From: Geosiphon pyriformis uo1
Lineage: Eukaryota; Fungi; Glomeromycota
Length of the DNA stretch: 64,000 nt
Direction: 5' to 3'
NCBI GenBank assembly: GCA_016748015.1
Contig: JAAOMT010000718.1
Span: 248,001 to 312,000 of the forward strand
The notes beneath the pieces were generated by a model. The model was given only the letters and a program-made list of their open reading frames with translations. It was not told the origin of the DNA and searched no databases. Below are positions 54,279-64,000 of the stretch, in pieces (the stretch's first letter is position 1; every line of letters starts with the position of its first letter). The position numbers and the translations under genes are program-made.

Positions 54279-56332
54279 AAAGAGAGAATAATGTTACTCA
54301 TAGAATAAAGGAAGTATATTATTATTAGCAAGTAGAAATTAGCCAATCAGAAGTAGATGTAGTAAATGTGGAATTCCAGGATTCCTCTCAGAGGAATTGT
54401 AGGATTCCAGGAATTTCAGGATTCTCCAGTGAAGAATCACAGAATTTCTGTCACAAGAAATTGAAGAATTGAGGAATCTCAAATATGTATATATAACAGT
54501 AGCATTAGAAACAAAAAAAACAGAATTGACACCAAGAATCCTTAGCTTAGTTATCACAATTCTCAAATAAATAATTATTCATTATCTCAAATCTATTCTT
54601 CACTATCAACACTTTATGTTGATAGTAATTGATACTTAATCATACTGGAACAATAGCTTTTGATCACAGCTATTGATAGGATACTAACTTGCAAACCACC
54701 TTGGCTTATTTTTTATTTTCTCTTTATCTTTTCTTTATTTCTTTGTTGTCTACTAACTTAATTAAAGAACTTACTCTTGGAGGACTTATAGAAAAATAAA
54801 ACTTACTTAAACAATATTTACTCTTGGAGGACTTATGGAGGAATAAACTTGCTTAAACAATACTTACTCTTAGAAGACTTACGGAGGAACTGATGTCAGG
54901 AAACAGCATTGGTATACACTTACAGAGGATATTATATCAGGAGAATCATCAACCATCAAGCTGAGCAAGCAATCAATGAAACTACAGTTTCAAGAAACTA
55001 TTGATAAACTGTTACCCTTGAATCTCTGTCCATTATACAAAAAACTCGATTGAAAAACCTTTAGATAAAATATCTTCAGATTATTATTGTCACCAATCGC
55101 TTTGCGCACCAAGTTACAGGTTTGTTATTTACTCAACATCCCAAAGAATCACTTGTAACACCATTTTGGTATGATATAAAAGTACTTTGTCTCCAATCTT
55201 GAATTCAACTGGTTTGTCTGGTAGTTGATTATCATGTCTTTCTTTCTGTTTCTTTTGTAACTTTTATATGTTATCAGCTGCTCTTTTTCATTTGTTTTCC
55301 AATGTTTCCATTAAGTTATATGTTCTTCTTAACAATGTTTCTTGGAAATTTTCTTCTGTTATTGGTTCAATTGGATATGTGTTAACCTTTATCTCAACTG
55401 GTAATGTTGCTGTTCTACCATATATCAATTCAAATGGTGTTGCTTGTGTGGTGTTTTGTTTCATTGTCCGATAAGCAAATAATACTGATGGTATGAACAA
55501 ATCCCATTTGTCCTGGTTTTTTTGGTTGAGTTTTGCTATTGCTTCATACAATGTTCTATTAAATCTTTCAACTAATTTATTGGTTTGTAGATGGTATGGT
55601 AATAATAGTGGTCTTTTTATTCCGAATCTTTGGCTTAGTTCTGCTAATGTTCTATTCACAAAATGGGTTTTTTGGTCTGATAATAGTTCTTTTGGACATC
55701 TATATTGACAAATCAGATCTTAATGGATGAATTCGGCAATAAATTCTGCATCTGTTCTTTGAATTGCTTTGGCTTTTGGCCATTTAGTAAGATAGTCCAT
55801 GGCTACTGCAATATATCTGTTGCCTCTGTTGGTAATTGTTAATGGTCTGACTAAATCGATTCCAATGCGGTCAAATGGTTGTCCTACTTTGATTGGTCTC
55901 AATGGTTTGCTGGGTCTTGTTCCTTCTCTTTTTTGACAAGCATCACAATTTTGCACATATTGGATGATGTCTGGATATATTGATGGCTAATAGTATCTCT
56001 TTCTGGTTCTTTTCATGATTGTTTTTTTATAAAAATGTCCTGCAGTTGGATCTGAGTGCATGTTGAACAGTATTGTTTCCTTTTCTGATTCTGTAATTAC
56101 TCTAGTTGGTTGATCTGAATCTTTTCTATTTTTCCAATAAAGTATATTTTGGTAAGTGATAAAATATTTGGATTGTTGTTTGATCCTCTTTTGTTCTGGT
56201 TAAGATAATTTCTTCTTGAACTGTTGAGTATCTATATAATGTTGAAGTTATTGATATTTTTGTGTGTTTATCTTTTGTTATATTTTCATGAGTATTGTTT
56301 TGGTTTTGTTATATTTTTGGGTTGAAATGTTC

Positions 56333-59300
56333 TTAGATTTGTCTCATTTGTAACAAACTATTAGCATTTTTGTTGTCTTTTCCTTTTTTATAATGTATGA
56401 TATAAGTATATGTCGAAAGAGCCATTTTCTATCTAGACTGTCTTCCATTTCCAAATTCTTTTTTTTGGAGTAATGTCAATCCTTTGTAATCTGTGTACAC
56501 CTCAAACTTTTGGCTCAAGTATTTTTTTCATTTCATAACTGCCCAATAGATTGCTAGATGTTCTAATTCTGGTGTTCTATAGTTCTTTTCAGCTGGAATC
56601 AAACCTCGGCTGGCATATGTAACTGGATGTTCTCTTCCATTCAATCCTCTCTGAGATAGTACTGCTCCAAATGCTTGACCTGATGCATCAGTAGTGATAA
56701 TGAATGGTTTACTATGATCTGGATATATCAATACTGGAGCTTAAATAAGCTTTCTTCTTAAGATGTCAAATGCTTCTTGCTGGGTTTCAGTTCATTCATA
56801 TTTTGCATTTTTGGTTTGAAGATCATTGAGTGATTGTGCTATCTTTAAAAAGTTCTTTATGAAGTGTTTATAATAGCTTACAAATTCCAAAAATGATTTC
56901 AGCTTGGTTACATTGGTTGGTATTGGAAAGTTTTTTACTATTTCTATTTTCTCCAGATCTGTTTTTATGCCATCTTTGCTAATTATGTGTCCCAAAAATT
57001 TTAGTTCTGTTTTGCCAAAAAAACACTTTGTTGCATTCAATTTTAATCTTGCTCGTCATAGTCTTTTAAACACTTGTTGGAGATGATGTAGATGATCATC
57101 AAATGTTTTTGAAAACACATTGGTGTCATCCAAGTATACAACTATTGATTTCCACAATAAGCCAGTATACACAATTTCCATTAGCCATTGGAATGTAGCT
57201 GGAGCATTGATTAAGCTGAATGGCGTAACTTCAAACTCAAAGTTTCCCTTTCTTGTGGTGAATGCTATTTTTTTTTTGTTGGCTGGATCCATGGCTACTT
57301 GTCAGTAATCACTATCCAAGTCTAACATTGAGAACCATTTGTTTCCACCAAAAGTGTCAAATAGTTCTTGTATCCATGGAGTCGGATAGCTGTCTCCATG
57401 AATTACACTATTGAGTTTCTTGTAGTCTACACAAAATCAGATTTTTCCATTCTTCTTATGGACAAGTACTACTGGTGATGACCATGAACTCATTAATAGC
57501 TGAATTAACCCGTTGTCAAGCATTCAGTTGATCTCTTGACGGATGATTTTATGGCTGGCTGATAGTACCCTATATGCTTGCTGTTTGATTGGCATTGCAT
57601 CTCCAGTCTTGATTTGATGCTAGATAATATCAGTTCTGCCAAATTTGTTTTCACTAATGAAGATGTCATTGAAATTATTGAGTAACATCTTTAGTTGCAT
57701 CTGTTGAAGTGGGTCTAAATTTCCCATGTTCATCTGTTTCAATTGTTCTGGCTGTAACAGATAACATTTATTTTGTCTGTAGATGGTTTGTGATGTAATA
57801 TCCACATATCCACAAAGCTGTGGAAAATCTGGAATGCTGCTTGGTGCTTGATCTTCAATTTCCGTGGTTAAATATCTAAGAGTGGTTCCTTCTAACATCT
57901 TTACAACATTTCCAGTGTTGTTGTAGATAGGAATTTTGATATGATTATGGCTCTTGGCTGGTATGTGTAGATTGATAAGTCCAATTTCTCCTGATTCACA
58001 AAGGATTACTTCTGCTTCAAAAATCTGTTCTTGCTCTTTCTCTTTCCTTTTTATTGCTAACATGTATCAGCTATATGGTGGAATGGAAATTGTTTGACCA
58101 GTTAAGATAATTTCTCCTTGGCCAATAATTTCTTTCTCCACCATATTAATTGGTACATTTATTCTACCCATTGATCCAAATTTCTGTATCTCTCTTGCTG
58201 TTATCCCTAATTTTTTCCTATTTTCTACTGAAACTAACTGAGCTATTTTTACCAAAGACAGAAATATTGTTTGTGCTATCCTTTCATTTGGCTCTATAAC
58301 ATAGGCTTTTTCTGAGTTATTTTGTAGCATAGCAATAATATTTCCTATATATTCTGTATCAATTATTCCTCTTTTGATGTTTATTCTCTTTTTTGCTAAA
58401 CTACTCCTAAATGCTAATTGAACTATTGTTGTTGCTGGAGTTTCTAGTGTTATTTTCAGATTAATGCAAGTGCACAAATGAGATTCTAATTTGATGGCAT
58501 CTTTTCCTGGATATCTTAGATCAAATCCTGCATCAGTATCATGTGCACATTCTGACATGATACCTTCATCATTATTACTGAACCATTTCAGTTCTTGCTT
58601 CTTGGTAAGGTCAGGAAGTGCAATATATTGTTCGTAGTTTGAATCGGAGTTTGAATTTAAGTTGGAATCATTGTCATTGTTATAGTCATTTTGAACAGAG
58701 CTGGAACCATTATTTTTGTTATCATTGTTGTCAGAGTTTGAATTGGGGTTGGAACTCGATTCTGATTCTGATGTGTAGCTGTTGATTGGTTCTTCTTCTT
58801 TAAGGATTGTGTAGATCATGTGTGGTAGTGGATTGTAGATAAGGTCACAATTATCACAAAATTGGAAGTCACATGGAATCAAACAGTGGTTACATAATTG
58901 GGTGTTGATTTCTTCCAAGTGTTGCTCTTGCTCTTCTTTTGTGGGTGTTAGATTCTAATAGTGTTCATGGAATTCTTCTGGGCTGTTTTCTAAGTCAATA
59001 AAGGCATCCAGATTGAGAACCAAAACAATGTCTGTTGATTCTGGAGGGTTATTCTTGATTTTCAGAATTTCACTGGGTGAAGTGCCTTCTACTTTGGCAT
59101 TGGCCATTTGTCAGATCTTGTCCTTGTTATGTGAATAGCCATCTAAGTGAGATATAGCTTGGTGCCATGCTGCTGTGATGGGCGTACCATGACTCACCCA
59201 GTCACTGATAAGAACCATGTATTGACATAAAGTGTCATACATTCCTCCTTAACCAGGAATGTCGTTCCACATTCTTTTATCAAGTAATTATTCACCACAA

Positions 59301-62300
59301 GTGAGACATAGTTTGTTGTTCCACTTGTCTTGTCTTTTTGGGTAGCCATATTATTCTCTATGGCAGAACTTGCAATAGTAATGGGTTCATGTCCAGTAGT
59401 CTTTGTCTGACACTACCCAAGCTCCCATTGAGGACAGTTTCTTCCCACAGTTCTTGCATTTGAGAGGTATATATGGTGGCTCTTTTATTGGTTCACATGA
59501 GTATTCTCTTTCCCAGCCACTAGTTATTTTTTCTACAGTGGTGGTTTCTTCAGATATGTTTTCTTCTCTTCCTTTTCTTTTTTCCTTGTTCTTTTCTTTC
59601 CAATCTAGAATTGATGGCATCTCGCTTTGGTTGTTGTTAGTCCAAGCATTGATGGTGGCTTCCCAGGTAGATTCTTCTCTTTGTTTCTCCTTTCCATTGT
59701 CATTGTTGTCCCAAGTAAATATTGGCAGCAGTTCGTTGTAGTCAATGTCGGCTTATAAGACTTAGTATGCTTTCTAGGTGGGTTTTGCTTTTTCTTTCTT
59801 GAATTTGATAAGTGGTGTTGATGGCATGGTGATGGGCTTGAAGTGGCCACACATGGCTGGTATCTGTATGTGTCGACTATTCTGGCTAAGCTGGAGCTCT
59901 TAGGTGTTTCAATCTAGGGTTGCATTGGTTTTGAACAGCCAGTTGTTCCCAATGAGTGCTTGGTATTGAGTGGCTTCTATGATGAGTACTTTGATTGGTA
60001 CTATGATGCCATTGACTTCTATGGGGAAATCATCAATCTCTTCAATGGGTGTTTTGGTTGCTTCATTGGCTGTAATAATCTTGGCACTGGCAGCGTGATC
60101 AATTTGGCAATCTAATTGATCTATAAGTTGTTTTGTGATGATGCTGCCAGCTGATCCACTATTTAGGATCAGTTTGATGGAGTGACCATCAACTTTTGCA
60201 TCAGTGTACATTATAGTAATGGGTTTTTCCTCGAGTGCTGCTCCACTGAACAAAGGTGGGTTGATGGTTTCCTTCAATTCAAAAGGAAAGATGGCTGCAA
60301 GAGATTTATTTTCGGTAATTGTTGCTGGTGGAATATTTTTAGTGAGTGTTGTTTGGGGTGGGTGGAATTCCGAGTTGTTGGTAGTGGCATTTTCTGGAGT
60401 AATCAGGAGACTTAAATAGTTTTGGGAATTTGGGTTTTGGGTGGAATCAGTACCCAGATTCTGCTGTCAAGAGCCTGATGGTTGGTGAAAGGAGCTGGGA
60501 ATCAGTTGATGAACAACCATTACCGATCTCCAGTTTTGAGTGATTCTAGGTTTTGGATTTCCTGATGTCATTTGAGTGGAATTTTGGAGTGGTGTTTGAA
60601 TTGGTTGTTGGGACTGATAAATTATTTGGGGCTGTGGCTGATAAATTACCAGTGGCTGCAGTTGATAAATTGGAGGTTGATATACTGGTGGTTGATAGAT
60701 TGGTTGTTGTGTTATTGGCAGGTAAGTGGTTTGATATTGGTCTTGATTTGGGTAGTAATTTTGAGTCTGAAATCTGCAATTGGGGTTTCGATATTGATTT
60801 TCTAATTGTGAATTGTTGCTATAAAATCGATAGTCAGCTCTAATGTGACTTTGTTTACCACAGTTGTGACAAACATGTGTTTTTGGCTGCCATGGCTGAT
60901 TTTAAAAACAATTTGTGTTTCCTGAATTATTGCATCATTGTGGTGGTTAATAGATTGCACAATTGTCAGCTAAGTATCCCTCTAGTTTCTGATTGATTGT
61001 ATCACTGAATTGTTTTAGTTTGGAATCCAAGTTAGATGATCTGTTCATTACTAAATTTACAGCTTGGGTGTGGTTGGCTTCTAGCTCAGCTGCTTTAAAA
61101 TCTCTGGCGTGGGTGATGGCAGTTGGAAGGTTAACTGGATGCATTAGACATACTCACTGAAGGATGCTACTGCACAATCCTCTAATGAACTGGTTCAAGA
61201 TTTGTGGCACTGTAAAGTAATCAGCTTGAATTGCCTGAATTTGGTGCAGATTTCTATAGAAGTGTCCCAAGTAAGTGGTGACTGTTTCTGTGTCTTCTTT
61301 TTTGATGGTGGTAAATGTGTTGGTCAAGTAATTGATACTATTGTTATTACTAAAGTATCTTAAAAATTCTGTTTTGAACTCATTGAAAGTTTGTGGTTTG
61401 GCAGCTAGGCTTTAATACCATGAGTTGGCAGTATCTTTGAGAAAATAGGGGATTGCTTGAAAAGCTCTACCATCATTCTATTCATTGGTCACTATGGTTT
61501 TTTCAATGTCATTGAGCCATATTTGGGCGTTATCCTCTTTGCTGGTAAAATTGTCAAGTTTTGCGATTGGTACATAGACCATTGGATCTAAGTTGAATTG
61601 TTGTGGTGGTAATTAAAGTGATTGTTGTTGTATGGGTTGTTGGGGTGGTAGTTGAAGTGGCAGTTATATGGGTTTGGCTATTGGATTAATCAGTGGTTGA
61701 TCGATGATGATTACTGGAGGTAAGTTTTGTTGATTTATTAAATTGGAGTTTCGGTTATCTTGAGTTGGTGGTGTCTGAATATTTGGAGTTTCAATTTCCA
61801 GATTTTCTGGATTTAAATTTTGCTGGATTTGAAGATTCAGGGTTTCAAATTCCAGGTTTTCAGTAATCGGGTTCTGGTAAGTGAATTCTTGATCTTCAGC
61901 TTCTTTTTCTTCCTTTTTTTCTGATTCTGTTACTTTTTATGAATCAGAAATTCCGAAATCTGGGGGAGGCAGTTGCGATTGGAGTCTTGATGGCATTGAT
62001 GATCGCAAGTTAAATCCTTCAAAATACATGCCATATGGTCCTAATAACTCTGCTTTTCTTTGTTTACTTTGAAATGGAAATTATCTAAATGTTGATGTTG
62101 TGTTTGATGTGGCTGTGCTAGTAGATGTAATATTAATGGTGCTTCTGGGTGTATAGTGGTATGATGGATTAGTTGAGGACTCAACTCTTGTTTTCTTCCA
62201 AGTAGGTAGTTGTATTCTTTTGGGTGTTACTGCTGGTGTTTGCAGTTTTTCTTTGCCTTTGCTTGCATAAGTAATGGAGTATCTTTGCTGTGTGTAGTGT

Positions 62301-62575
62301 TCAATTTCTTTGTTGATTTCCATGATGATGAAGGTGAAATTGTGATTTGTTGACAGGTTGGTATTTTGAATTAATTTGCTGTAAAAGGCTTCTCTTGCTG
62401 ATTTAATATTTACTGGTGTTTCTAACAGATAGGCAATTTTTTCATTGACATAGAAATTAAAAGCTGATTCTGCTAATATGTGATTGTAATTTAATTCCAA
62501 ATGTTGACAGTAGTGTTGAAATAAAGATTTCATGAATCCTAGATGGTTTGCTCCTATGTTTTCTGATTTTGCCAC
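56333..62575 (-). pseudogene. Gypsy A gag-PR-Cys-rich-dUTPase-RT-RH
   Basis: ORF fragments 62081-62575, 59909-60277 (PR), 58067-58918 (dUTPase DAGFDL, RSSL, GIIDTEY), 57056-57292 (YLDD), 56528-56731 (RH). Confidence 0.87.
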
Positions 62576-62634
62576 TTTTAGATTTGTGTTGGTGCTGGTT
62601 CTCTGTAGAATTATATCTCACAGGGAGCACCAAA

Positions 62635-63467
62635 TGTTACAGGTGACTATTTCTGGTGTTGGATTAAATAACAAACCCATAACTTGGTGCTCAAATCTAG
62701 TTGTAGTTGATAGTAATCTGAAAGTTTGTGTCTGAAAGATTTGTATCCAAAGGGTTTGGTTAAGTTTTTTGTATAATGAACAGAGATTCAATGGTAATAG
62801 TTTTATCCATAGCTTCCCGAAACCACAGTTTTGTCAATTTTTTTCTTAGCTTGATGGCTGGTATTCCTTCTGGTAAGCTATCTTCAATCGAGTGTTCTAC
62901 CCTTATTTCTGGGTCTTTTACCAGTCATGTTTATCCTGATGTCAGTACCCTATATGTTAATCCTCAATAGAGTTAGTAAACAACAATAAAATCAAGGCAA
63001 GAAATAAAGAAAAGAAAAGAAAATAAAAAAAGAAAAGAAATAAGCCAAGACAATTTACAAGTTAGTATTCCATTAATAGCCATGATCAAGAACTATTGTT
63101 CTAGTGTGGTTAAGTATCAATTACTATTAACATGAAGTGTTGATAGTGGCAGCAGGTTTGAGATAACAAACAGTTATTTATTTGTGGTTTGGAAAGTTGT
63201 CTAGATAAAATCTAAATAGAGAAGTCTGTCTTTTCAGCTTCTAATTCTACTGCTATATATACATAATTGAGATTTCCCAATTCCTTAATTCTTCACAACA
63301 GGAATCCTGAGATTCTTGGAATCCTGCAATTCCTTTGAGAGAATTCTGTAATTCCTGGAATCCTGCAATTTCTGAGAGAAATTCTGGAATTCCATATTTT
63401 ACTATGTCTACTTCTGATTGGCTAATAACTATGCTAATATATATTCCCTATATTTCTATGAGTAACA
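62635..63467 (-). repeat. 5' LTR of Gypsy A
   Basis: Followed on the minus strand by PBS TGGTGCTCCCTGTGAG. Confidence 0.92.
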
Positions 63468-64000
63468 ATGCACAATGTTTAGCATGAACTAACCAGACAT
63501 TACTTCTAAAATCAAGACTAAGAGATCACACAAATTTAACAATTTCCAAACCAGCAACTTTGAGATTATAAAAGATGGTGACCGCTTTGCAAAACCAATC
63601 ATTAAAAACAAAACTCTTATAAAGAGCCATGAACAAAAAAGAGTCAAAGACACATGAAGACAACAGCTGTAGAATGCCTGAAGAAGAATAAGAAAAACCA
63701 GAGATTACTTTCCAGGAGTCCACATAGGATTCCAACAATTGATATCGGACAAAATCATCAATCCTGCAAGAGAACACATGATCTAATGTCTCTATATCGC
63801 CACAATATAAGCACAACACACTTGGATATAGTCTATTATAAAAGCACTTCTGAATGGCAACTGGCAGCCAGTGATACAAAGTCTTCATAAAATAAAAGTG
63901 GGCATTAGCCAAAGGTCTGCTAGTAAAACTAGTGGCCATGTGCAAATTAGGGTGTCAAACCAAAGATAAACAGAGCCAGTCAACTTTAGAGAACAAACCA
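63468..64000 (-). mobile_element. Upstream part of the LINE interrupted by Gypsy A (runs off window)
   Basis: LYHWLPVA...CLYCGDIETLDHVFSC zinc knuckle. Frame continues VWLVHAKHCA and joins YMEKY at 35509. Confidence 0.85.

Larger units (their letters stand above)
38208..55160 (+). mobile_element. Ty3/Gypsy LTR retrotransposon B (A-related, integrase core deleted), inserted in A integrase
   Basis: LTRs 38208-39093 and 54292-55160, PBS TGGTGCTCCCTGTGAGG from 39096, PPT ~54277-54291. Gag-PR-Cys-rich-dUTPase-RT-RH to stop 53131. TSD CTGC/CCAT; removing B rejoins the A frame YHTK-AEKQ*SGKFDPK. Confidence 0.92.
35510..63467 (-). mobile_element. Ty3/Gypsy LTR retrotransposon A (full length, degenerate, contains nested insertions)
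   Basis: 833-bp direct LTRs 35510-36342 and 62635-63467, PBS 62617-62632, PPT ~36343-36357. Gag with CCHC, protease (LILNSGSAGS), dUTPase, RT (YLDD), RNase H (TTDASG), integrase (GQPFDRIGIDL). TSD ACAC/ATGC. Confidence 0.93.

Overview
Eukaryotic, intron-rich fungal nuclear DNA. Gene content, short AT-rich introns and the repeat landscape suggest an early-diverging fungus (Mucoromycota/Glomeromycotina-like; this is inference). Three zones. (1) 1-2800: 3' end of a LINE plus an extremely AT-rich relic. (2) ~2800-27900: a gene island with SAM-kinesin-13 (KIF24-like), GID8 hosting two intronic box C/D snoRNAs, SNRNP27, RPN12, a divergent RPL28/NIP7 pair, a divergent H2A/H2B pair, an uncharacterised two-TM protein with DEG/ENaC-like motifs, a VPS9-domain GEF and a NIPA Mg transporter. 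(3) 28000-64000: a nested transposon stack (relic Gypsy D <- LINE <- Gypsy A <- Gypsy B <- Gypsy C, plus two solo LTRs); the LTR insertions can be reconstructed from 4-bp TSDs. The Gypsy elements have an atypical layout: a Cys-rich insert (plus dUTPase in A/B) between protease and RT, integrase in a separate ORF after a stop, and an extra 3' ORF ending at a conserved pre-PPT motif. A/B-family insertions all reconstruct to CGC-containing target sites. All repeats show pervasive C>T/G>A hypermutation, including outside CpG. Exon boundaries were read by eye, no database search was run, and GC or divergence values are visual estimates.
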